Source of the DNA: an uncultured Chloroflexia bacterium
GTDB taxonomy: Bacteria; Chloroflexota; Limnocylindria; Limnocylindrales; CSP1-4
NCBI GenBank assembly: GCA_963833225.1
Contig: CAWHXD010000008.1
Coordinates: forward strand, 864,001 to 928,000
Length of the DNA: 64,000 nt
Reading direction: 5' to 3'
A program made the position numbers and the translations under genes. Shown one piece after another: positions 20,680-30,923 of this stretch. The notes below the pieces were generated by a model. It ran no database searches and was not told the DNA's origin. It was given only the letters and a program-made list of their open reading frames with translations. Position 1 is the first letter of the stretch; every line of letters starts with the position of its first letter.

Positions 20680-23600
20680 CTACCGCGCCGGACGGACCGG
20701 GGCCGGGCGCGGGTAGGTCCGCTCGGATGGCGCCGGCGTCGCGCGCAGCGCGTACCCGCGGTACCCGGGGACGAACCCCGCGGCGAGCAGCGCGTCCTTG
20801 AACCGCGACCCGCCGACCGGCTCACCGTCCATCTTGCCGATCACCAGCTCGCGCACCCGCCCATCCGCGACCAGGTCCGCCAGCGACCGCAGGGCCGGTG
20901 CCAGCAGCTCCGGGTCCTCGGCCGCGGGCAGCGCCTGGAGCGACGACGCGCCCCGGTCCAGGTAGAGGACGGCCTGGCCATCGACCATCGCGACATACGC
21001 CCCGGCCGCGCGCTGGAAGGGCCGGCGGTCGCCCTCGTCGCGGCGTGGCCACGGGAGCGCGGCGCCATAGGGGTTGGCCGGGTCCGCGGCGGCGACCAGG
21101 TACGCGACCCGCCCCCGCTCATCGGCCAGCTCGCCGGGCTGATCGCGCATCGCCCGCAGCCGGTCCACGGCTCCCGGCAGCGCGAACTGCGCCGCGCCGA
21201 GCCCGTCGACGAAGTAGCCGCGGCGGATCCGGCCGCCCTCCTCCAGCAGCCGCAGGACGGGGTAGATGCCCGAGAAGCCGCCCTCGACGGCCTCGCCGGC
21301 CACCGCCTCGCGGGTCAGGACCCCGTGGCGCTCCAGCAGCGCCATCGCCTGGGCATGGACGCGCTCCGTGCGCGAGGGTCCGGTCGGCGCGACCTCCGCG
21401 GGACGCGCCTCCTCGCCCTCCCCGAGACCGGCCTCCGCGACCTCCTCGCGATCGGCCTCCTCGACCTCCACCAGCGACCACCGCCCTGCGGCCTCCGGGG
21501 GACCCAGCGATGTCAGCCGGCCCGCCCGTGGCCGGTGGTCCTTCGCCGGCCGCTTCCAGCGCAGCGCCCGGAGCGGCGCGAAGGTGTCGTTGGTGACCTC
21601 GCCCGCCCAGACCAGGTCCCACAGGGCGTCCAGCGCCTCGCGATCCGCTCGCGCCCCGGACGCCGTGTACAGCTCCCGGTAGAAGCAGGCGCCGCGACGC
21701 TGGAGATGGGCACGGAGCCGGTCGTGGATGTCCCCACCCGGGCGCTCCACCCCGTCCGGCGGCCCGGTGGGTCGCAACGCCTCTCGACCCGGGCGGAGGA
21801 GCACGACGCGGCCGTCATCGCGACCGAGGCTCCCCCGCCCCACCCACGTGACCTCGCCCATCGCGCCGAGCTCGTCGAGGAGCCGCGGCTGGTACCCGGG
21901 GACTCGCGCCGGGAGCACGTCGCGCTCGAGGACGGACGCCGGGATCGGCAGGCCGGCCAGCTGGTCCACGACCTCGGCCAGGCGCTCCAGAGCCGCGGAG
22001 CCACGGAACGGGGGGCCGGCACTCCCCGTGGCCGACGGCGAGGGAGCGACGCCCTGCCACGCGACCAGGAACCGCGCGAGCGTGACCGGGTCCACCGGCT
22101 CCACCTCGCGACGGAGGGTGGCGAGTGATCGCCGGCGCAGGAGCCGCAGGACCTCGGGGTCGCACAGCTCACGCTCCGCCCCGCCCGGACGGAACTCGCC
22201 GGCGAGGATCGTGCCCGCGGCGACGAGCCGGTGGAGCCCATCGTCCACGACGCCCTCGGGCAGGCCCCAGCGCCGCGCCGGCTCCGCGGCGAGGAACGGT
22301 CCATGCGTCCGCGCGTACCGCGCCAGCAGGCCATCGAGCGCTCCTGCGACCGGCGCGAGGAACGCCTGGGGCACGCCGGGCGGCGCGCTGACGCCCACGC
22401 CGTCGCGGTACCGCGCGACGTCCTCCATCGCGATCCAGCGCTCCTCGCCCGCGATCCGCGCCCGGACCGCCCGCCGGGTCGACGCCAGCTCCGCGAGGTG
22501 GAGGCTTGCCTCCACGCGCCCGCCCACCGTCCGTGCCCCCGCCTCGTCCGGCGACAGGTCGCCCAGCCGCCGCAGCAGGTCGTGGACCTGGTCAGCCGTC
22601 CTGGCCTGGCGGTCCTCGGCGAGCGCCTGCAGGCTGAGCTCCAGGTCCGCGAGGGCCGCGGGATCCAGCAGCTCCCGGAGCTCCTCCTGGCCCAGCAGCT
22701 CCCGCAGCAGGTCCCGGTCCAGCGTCAACGCCTGCGCCCGCCGTTCGGCCAGCGGCGCGTCGCCCTCGTACATGTAGGCGGCGACGTAGTCGAACAGCAG
22801 GGAGCTCGCGAACGCCGACGCGCGCGCCGTCTCGACGCTATGCACGGTGAGCTCCCGCCGCTGGACGCCCGCCAGCAGCTCGCGCAGCGCCGGCAGGTCG
22901 AACACGTCGGCGAGGCATTCCCGGTAGGTCTCCACCAGGATCGGGAACGATCCATAGCGGCTCGCGACGGCCAGCAGGTCGGCGGCCCGCTGGCGCTGCT
23001 GCCAGAGCGGCGTCCGGGTCCCCGGCCGGCGTCTCGGCAGGAGCAGCGCCCGGGCGGCGTTCTCCCGGAAGCGCGACGCGAACAGGCTGGACTGCCCCAC
23101 CCGGCCCACGACCAGGTCCTCGACCTCGTCGGGATCCGGGAACAGCAGCTCCTCGACGCCGTCGAGGCTCGAGTCGCCTTCCGGCAGCCGGATGGCGATG
23201 CCGTCGTCGCTGTAGATCGTCTGGACCTCGATGCCCAGCCGCTCCGCGATCCGCGCCTCCAGGGCCATCGTCCACGGCGCATGCACGCGTCCGCCAAACG
23301 GGGTCAGGATGACCAGTCGCCAGTCGCCCAGCTCGTCCCGGAAGCGCTCGATCACGATCCGCCGGTCGGTCGGCAGGACGCCTGTCGCCTCGCGCTCGTC
23401 CTCGAGGTACGCGAGCAGGTTCTCGGCCGCGAGCTCGTCGAGGTCGTGGTCCCGCCGCAGGCGCTCCGCGGCCCGGGCCCGGCCCTTCGCCCCCTTCGCC
23501 AGGTCCGCCTCGACCTCGCGAGTGAACGCGCCGATGGCCCGGCCCAGCTCCACCGGCCGCCCAACGGCGTCGCCGTGCCAGAACGGCAGCTTGCCCGGCA

Positions 23601-25385
23601 CCCCGGGTGCCGGCGTGACGGTGACCCGGTTGGCGCTGATGTCGGCCACGCGCCACGAGCTGGCCCCAAGGACCACGACGTCGCCGTGCATCCCGGCACG
23701 GAGCTCGTAGACCATCTCCTCGTCCAGCTCGCCCACGCGGCGGCCGGGCGTGCCCGCCTCACCCTCGAGAAAGACCGGGTACAGGCCGCGATCCGGGATG
23801 GTGCCACCGCTGGTGACGGCGACGGTGCGGGCATCGCGCCGCCCTTCGACCACGTCCGTCAGCCGGTCCCAGGTGATCCGCGGCTTGAGCTCGGCGAACT
23901 CGTCGGATGGATAGGCGCCCGAGAGCATGCCCAGCACGCCCTCGAGGACCTCGCGGGTCAGGGTCTCGAACGGGGCGGCGCCCCTGACCAGCGCGAGCAG
24001 CTCGTCGACCGTGAACCGCTCCCCGATCGTCATCGCGACCAGCTGCTGGGCGAGGACATCGAGCGGGTTGCGGGGCAGCACGGTGGGCTCGATCCGGCCC
24101 TCGCGCATCCCGCGCACGACGACAGCGGTCTCGAGCAGGTCACCGCGGTACTTGGGGAAGATCACGCCCTTCGACGGCTCCCCGACCTGGTGTCCGGCCC
24201 GCCCGACACGCTGGAGGCCGCGGGCGACGCTGGTCGGGCTCTCGACCTGGATGACGAGGTCCACGGCCCCCATGTCGATCCCGAGCTCGAGGCTGCTCGT
24301 CGCGACCAGCGCGGGCAGGCGACCGGCCTTGAGCTCCTCCTCGATCTCCAGGCGCTGCTCCCGGGCGATGCTCCCGTGGTGGGCGCGGACGAGGTCCTCG
24401 CCGGCGAGCTCGTTGAGGCGCTGGGCGAGGCGCTCCGCGAGGCGGCGGCTGTTGGTGAACACGATCGTGCTCCGGTGCTCGCGGATGAGCTCCAGGATCC
24501 GGGGGTGGATCGCGGGCCAGATGCTGGTCCGGCGCTCGCCGCCAAGGACCGGGCCGCCCGGCTGCTCATCCAGCGGCAGCACCTCGCCCAGGCGCGCCAT
24601 GTCCTCGACGGGCACGACGACGGTCAGCTCCAGCGGCTTGCGCGTGCCCGCGTCGACGATGGCGACCTCGCGGCCCTCCCCCGCCCCACCCAGGAACCTC
24701 GCGATCGTCTCCAGGGGCCGCTGCGTGGCGCTCAGACCGATGCGCTGGAGGGGCGGGACACCGCCGTCCGGAGCCGCGCCCACCCGCAGCCGCTCGAGGC
24801 GCTCGAGGCTCAGCGCGAGGTGGGCGCCGCGCTTGGTGCCGGCGATCGCGTGGATCTCGTCCACGATCACCTGCTCGACGCCGCGCAGGATCTCGCGGGC
24901 CTGGCTCGTGAGCAGCAGGTACAGGCTCTCGGGCGTGGTCGACCAGGATGTCCGGCGGGTGGCGGACGAGGCCCCGGCGCTCGTCCTGCGGCGTGTCGCC
25001 GGTCCGGCTCGCGATGCTGATCCGCGGCGGCTCCAGGCCCAGGCGCTGCGCCGCAAGGGCGATCCCGGCGAGTGGCGCCCGCAGGTTGCGCTCCACGTCG
25101 TAGGTCAGCGCCTTGAGCGGGCTGATGTAGAGCGTGCGAACCGTGCCGGGATCCTGCCTCGTGGATACCGGGCTCGGGCGATCGACGCAGGCGGTCGAGG
25201 CACCACAGGAACGCGGCCAGGGTCTTGCCACTGCCGGTGGGGGCGTGGATGAGCGTGTTGCGGCCGGCGGCGATCGCGGCCCACCCCTCGGCCTGGGCCT
25301 GCGTGGGCGCCTCGAACGTCGCCTCGAACCAGGCCCGGACGGCGGGCCCGAAGGGTGCGAGCGGATCCTTGGTGCGGGCAGCCAC
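20680..25385 (-). CDS. lhr: Long-form Lhr ATP-dependent helicase (frameshifts ~24940, ~25180)
   Basis: [56 protein letters not shown], plus C-terminal domain. Confidence 0.95.
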
Positions 25386-25416
25386 GGGACGCCGAGTATA
25401 GGCGCGGGGGCCAGTT

Positions 25417-25432
25417 TCGTACAGATGTTCTA
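25417..25432 (-). promoter_or_regulatory. Putative LexA (SOS) box over the lhr promoter
   Basis: Minus strand TAGAAC-ATCT-GTACGA resembles GAAC-N4-GTTC; TATACT -10 at 25395-25400. Confidence 0.65.
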
Positions 25433-25437
25433 GCCGT

Positions 25438-25487
25438 GCTCCCCGCTCCCCGCTCCCGCTCCCCGGCTCCCGCTCCCCGCTCTCCCG
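25438..25487. repeat. (GCTCCC/GCTCCCC)n short tandem repeat
   Basis: About seven pyrimidine-rich units read directly. Confidence 0.7.
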
Positions 25488-25638
25488 GGCGTTGACTGCC
25501 GGTGAACGGTTCGCGCTTCAACAGCCTGGGAAGCTCGCTCCGCGACCCCGATGTTGGCGGCCCGTCAACGCTCCGCATCGAGCGCCCCTCAGATCCCCGG
25601 GAAGCGACCGTTGAGTGCCGAGGTGTCCACTGCGCGTC

Positions 25639-26455
25639 ATGACCGTCAACCTGCGCCAGGTGCGTGGCCGCCGCCGAGATCTCCTCCGGGCCCTCGGCGT
25701 CGACATCCGGCGCCTCCGGGAGGACGCCGGCCTGACCCAGGCCATCAGCGCCCGCGCCGCCGGGATCTCCCCATCGCATCTCTCGCTATGTCGAGGCGGG
25801 CCTGCGTGAACCGAGCCTCGAGGTGCTCCTCCGGCTGGGTGCTGTGCTCGGGGCCGACCTCTCGATCCGGTACTTCCCGGCCACCGGTCCGAGGATCCGG
25901 GACCGTCATCAGCTGGCGATGGCCGAAGCGCTGCTGCCACTCGTCCGGGCCACCTGGCACGCCAGACCGGAGGTCGCCGTGTACCGGCCGGTTCGCGGGG
26001 TGATCGACCTGGTGCTCGATCACCGGACACAGGCGGTATCCGTCGCCACCGAGCTGCAGAGTCAGCTGCGGCGCGTCGAACAGCAGGTGCGCTGGGCGAA
26101 CCAGAAGGCCGACGCTCTCGCCGGGCTCCCGGAGCTGGAGGACCGGTCCGTATCGCGGCTGCTGATCGTCCGCAACACGCATGCGATGCGCGAGGTCGTT
26201 CGCGCCGCGGAGGCAACGTTGGAGGCGGCGTACCCCGCGGATACCGAGCACGCGGTCGCAGCCCTGCGCGGGTCCGCGGACTGGCCCGGTCCCGCGCTCA
26301 CCTGGATGCGGATCGATGGAGGCCGGGCGACGCTGCTCGACGGCCCGCCGCGCGGCATTCGCCTGGGGAGGTCATCCGGTGCGGTTCCCGCAGCGCGGCA
26401 GATGACCCCGGAATCGAAGACGGCGGGCGCTGGCACGCCCACCGTCTCCTGGTAG
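25639..26455 (+). CDS. XRE-type HTH fused to a PD-(D/E)xK-like nuclease domain (frameshifts ~25740-25805)
   Basis: IRRLREDAGLTQ...AGISPSHLS HTH; 'RPEV...RGVIDLVL...VATELQSQL' restriction-endonuclease-like pattern. Confidence 0.6.
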
Positions 26456-26628
26456 CCCGTGTCGATCGCGCCGTGGAGGGGGAGGAGAACCTGCGCGATC
26501 GATTTCTGGTCCGCGGCCATCTTCCCGGGTCGGGCTGATGGTTGCCCGTGCCGCACCTCCTGCCCTTCGATGACGGTCCGGGACGAACGGCCCGGGATGG
26601 GCCCGGGCCGCACGGGACCATAGGCCCG

Positions 26629-28432
26629 TCAGTGGCTCGCGAGTCGTGCGACCACGGTGCGCGGGTCGTCGCGCGCGATGTCCGGGGAGACGGGCTGGAG
26701 CCGGAACCCGGCGCCGACGAGCAGGCGTCTCGCAGCCTCGAGGCGGACCCGGACATCGCCCGGGTCCACCACGTCCCGCTCGGCAACCCCGACCCGCGCC
26801 TCCATCTCCGTGCGAGGCGGGCGCCCGGCAACGAGCGCGGCCAGCAGCGCCCGGCCAAGGCCCTGACCGCGATACGCCGGCGCGACCCCCACCGCCAGCA
26901 CGGACTCGACCGCCGGCCCGGTGGCCGAAGCCAGCCCGGTGGCCGAAGCCGGCTCGGTGGCCGAAGGGGCCGCGACGGCCAGCCCCACGATGACGTTCCC
27001 ATCGGTGGCCGCCATCACGCGGGCGCGGTCCCGCACCGCCGCGCGGAGCAGGGCGATCGCATCGGCCGCGTCGAACGGCGACACGACCCGTGGTGCGAGA
27101 CCCAGCCCGTCGAGGTCCTCCGCGGCCAGCGACGTGATGGAAGGAGTGCCGGGCGCCCGGCCCGACAGCGTGGACGGGGACCCGGACCCGCGACCGCCAC
27201 CGATCCCCTCGATGACCGCCTGGCCCGCCCAGGTGAGGGCCGGTGCCCACCATCCGCGATCCTCCGCCTCGCGCACCAGCCGCGGCAGGACAGCCCCGCG
27301 AACCCGGCCCAGGACCGCGAGCGAGCGTGCATCCGCCCGTCGTTGGGCCTCCCCCGCCTCGAGACCCGCGTTGGGCGCATCGAGCATCGACCCCGGCATG
27401 CCGGGAGATCCGTACAGGGCCGCCTCGGCCGCCCACCGGTCACGCCAGGCGGCCGGCGTCGTGCCGGGGGCCTCGAGGTGCGCGCCGGCCAGCCAGGTCA
27501 GCGCCCACGTCCGTGGCACCACCCGGTACGCGTCATAGCCGCCGCCGCCTGTCGCGAGCCAGCGGCCCGCCGCCCAGCGGTGGGCCACGGCGTCGACCAG
27601 GCGCGCCGCTTCGGCCATCGCGGTGGTGGTCACCCGCAGGTGCGCGAGCGGGTCCCACGCGTGCGAGTCGGCACCGTGCTGCGAGACCACGACGTCCGGC
27701 CCGAACACCGCGGCCAGCGGAGGGCAGCAGGGCCCGAACCGCCGCCAGCCAGGCACCGTCGCCCGCGTACGGCTCGAACGGCATGTTCACCGCGGTCCCG
27801 GCTGCCGCGCCGTCGCCCAGCTCGTCGACGAACCCGGTGCCGGGGAACAGGGATCGTCCGCTCTCGTGGAATGACAGCGTCTGGACGCCCGGGTCATCGC
27901 CGGTGAGGGCCTGGACGCCGTCCCCGTGGTGCACGTCGAGATCGACGTACAGGACCCGGTGCCCGTCCGACCGTGCCCGGACAACCGCGAGCGCCACGTC
28001 GTTGTAGATGCAGAACCCCGACGCCCCCGATCGCCATCGCGTGGTGGAGCCCGCCACCGGGGTGGTGCGCGTGAAGGGCGCGCTCGCCCAGGATCGCATC
28101 CATCGCGGCCAGCGAGCCGCCGGCCACCGAGGCCGCTGCGTCGTGCATCGCCGCTCGAACGCCGGGTTGTCCGCGAGGCCGATGCCCATCGCCCCCGCGC
28201 CGTCGGGATCCGCCGACAGCCGCCGGACGACCGCCAGGTAGGCCGGTGTGTGGATCCGAAGGAGCGCCTCGTCCGAGGCAGGCTCAGGCGCCAGCCCGGG
28301 CTCGCGCCCACGATGGCGCAGGAGGTCGATCCCGGGTCCGAACCGTCGCGGGGTCAGCGGGTGCGCGGGCCCGAAGTCGTACGTGGTCGACCGCGGGCCG
28401 AAGACGAGGAGTGGCTGGTCCGGGCTGGGCAC
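26629..28432 (-). CDS. AcuC/HDAC-family deacetylase fused to a C-terminal GNAT domain (several frameshifts in the 5' half)
   Basis: HPLTPRRF, GGLHHA, GFCIYND, VDLDVHHGDG, HESG..LFPGTG, QHGADSH..DPL, GGGGY; then VGVAPAYRGQGLGRALL in the same ORF. Confidence 0.85.
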
Positions 28433-28486
28433 CCGCCGACGATACCGCGCGAACCGCCGATGGCCCGCGCTGCTACCATCGGACCC

Positions 28487-28627
28487 ATGGATGTCCTCGT
28501 TGTCCTGATCATCGTGCTGGTGGTGGTGATCATGTGGCGCGGTCCCAAGACGCTCCCCCTGCTCGGGCGCGCGTTCGGCCAGGGCGTGAAGGAGGCACGG
28601 CGCGAGCTCGAGGAGCTCAAGGAGTGA
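28487..28627 (+). CDS. tatA: Twin-arginine translocase TatA/TatE family subunit
   Basis: TM helix then 'GPKTLPLLGRAFGQGVKEARR' amphipathic helix; TACCAT -10 upstream. Confidence 0.8.
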   Translation: MDVLVVLIIVLVVVIMWRGPKTLPLLGRAFGQGVKEARRELEELKE

Positions 28628-28790
28628 CGACGCCGACAAGGACGAGACCAAGACGTCCTAGTCGAGCGCCGGCAGCCGCCGGCCTGAGATCGCTTCCGGG
28701 GTTGCCGCATCGCGTGTCCGCATGCCCTCGGCGCGGGCGTGGCTCCGTGGCCACCCGTGCGCTCGGCGGGCGTGACCGGGACCACCTGGG

Positions 28791-30892
28791 TCACTGGCCG
28801 ACCAGCAACGCCGCCAGCGCCTCGGGCTCGTGCACCGGCTGACGGCAGGCGAACTCTCGGCACACGAATGCCGTTGCCCGCCCGTTGAGCGCGAAGCGAT
28901 CCACCAGCAGCGGCACCACCGAGGCGACCCCGGGCTCGGCCACGGCGAGGACCCGGAACGGGTGATAGCCCCGGTCGGCGACGGCGAGGAGCCGGCGGGT
29001 GTCGGCCGCGGCGCGATCCCCGACGATCGCGAGCTCGGTGAACCCGGCGTGGGCCATCTCCAGCGCCGACAACCACTGGGCGAACCCGGTCGGATACCGG
29101 GCGAGATACGGACCGACGGTCGCGAGCGCCGCCTCCGCGGCCGTCCGGTAGCGAGCGTCGCCGGTCAGCGCGGCGAGCCGCAGGAGCACGGTCGTCGCCA
29201 TCGCCCCACCGGAGGGAACGGCGTTGTCCTGGAGCCCCTTGGGCCGCACGACGAGCCGCTCGCCGTCATCGGCGGTGTCGAAGAAGCCACCCGCCGGGTC
29301 GGCGAACCGGGTCGAGGATCATGTCGGCAAGCGCGACGGCCATCGAGAACCAGCGCTCCTCGCCGGTCGCCTCGTAAGTGGCCAGCAGCCCGTCGGCAAG
29401 GTCCGCGTAATCCTCGAGGACGCCGTCGGCGCTCGCCCGGCCGTCCTTCCACGACCTGCGCAATCGCCCGTCGGCACCCAGCAGGGCGCCGGTCACCGCG
29501 CCGGCAGCGGTCACCGCCGCCTCCCGGTACCGCGCCGCGCTGGCATCGTGACCCGCCTCGGCGGCGGACAGGGCGCGCGCCGCATCGGCGAAGGCGGCGA
29601 TCGCGAGGCCGTTCCACGCCGGCCAGCACCTTGTCGTCGCGTGCCGGCTGGGGCCGCTGGGCGCGCCGTTCGAGCAGTCGTGCGCGGGCCCGCGCCAGGC
29701 GGCTCGAGACCTCGCCCGGGGGCAGCCCGAACTGCTCGCCGAGCTCGGCGTCGTCCCGGACCCGGGACAGGATCGTGTGGCCCTCCCAGTTGCCACCCTC
29801 GGTGGCACCGAACGCGGCGCAGGCCAGCGCCCCATCGTCGCCCGCGGCCTCGCGGATCTCCGCCGCGCTCCACACGAAGGTGGACCCCTCCTCGCCCTCG
29901 GTGTCCGCGTCCTGGCTCGCCGCGAACCCGCCGTCGGCGCGTGCGCAGCTCGCGCAGCAGGTAGTCCAGCGTGGCCGTCGAACGTCTCGAGATACGCCGG
30001 GTCCGCGGTGGCCGACCACGCATGCAGGTAGACCCTGGCCAGCTGGGCGTTGTCGTACAGCATCTGCTCGAAGTGAGGCACCAGCCAGTGGGCGTCCGTG
30101 GAGTACCGGTGGAAGCCGCCGCCGAGCTGGTCGTGGACGCCGCCGGCCGCCATCGCGTCCAGGCTGCGCCGGGCGATCTCGAGGGCCCGGTCCGGTCCCC
30201 CGGCCGCGTGCCGCCGGAGCAGCGCCTCGATCGTCATCGGCTGCGGGAACTTGGGCGCCCGGCCCCAGCCGCCGTTGACCGGGTCGAATGCCTCGTCGAT
30301 GGCCGTGAGCGCCGCGTCGAGAACGTCGCGAGCCGGAAGCCCGGGCGTGGCCGACGCGGCGCGCTGCTGCTCCGCGAGGGCCGTGACCAGGCGGCTGCCG
30401 GCCTCCTCGAGCTCGGCCCGCTGCTCGAACCAGGCGAGGCGCACGCTATCGAGCACCTGGCGGAACGACGGCATCCCGTGGCGGGGCTCGTCGGGGAAGT
30501 AGGTGCCGCCGAAGAACGGCCGGCCCTCGGGCGTCAGGAACACGCTCATCGGCCAGCCGCCCTGGCCCGTGATCGCCTGCACCGCGCCCATGTAGAGCGC
30601 GTCGATGTCGGGCCGCTCCTCGCGATCGACCTTGATCGCGACGAAGTGGGCGTTGAGCATGGCCGCCGTCGAGGTGTCCTCGAACGACTCGCGCTCCATC
30701 ACGTGGCACCAGTGACAGGCCGCATAGCCGACCGACAGGAAGATCGGCCGGTCCAGCTCCACGGCGCGACCGAGCGCCTCGGGGCCCCACGGGTACCAGT
30801 CGACCGGGTTGTGGGCGTGCTGCGAGCAGGTAGGGGCTCGTCTCGCCCGCGAGGCGGTTTGGGGACCGGGGCGGCAGATCTGTTGCGGCCAT
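28791..30892 (-). CDS. YyaL/SSP411-like thioredoxin-domain protein (multiple frameshifts)
   Basis: NRLAGETSPYL, HAHNPVDWYPW, CHWCHVMERESF, GGWP, APKFP, PHFEQMLYDNA, DDKVL, LEDYA, DNAVPSG. Confidence 0.92.
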
Positions 30893-30923
30893 GCACCGAT
30901 GGTACGCGTGACGACTGGGGCCG

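Noticed and set aside
8588-25020. Long antisense or overlapping ORFs (e.g. 8588-10531, 22231-25020)
   Set aside because: Shadow ORFs expected in high-GC DNA; no motifs and opposite well-supported genes
26920-26965. 18-bp tandem repeat (SATEPA/SATGLA/SATGPA)
   Set aside because: In-frame loop expansion inside the GNAT domain, not an independent element
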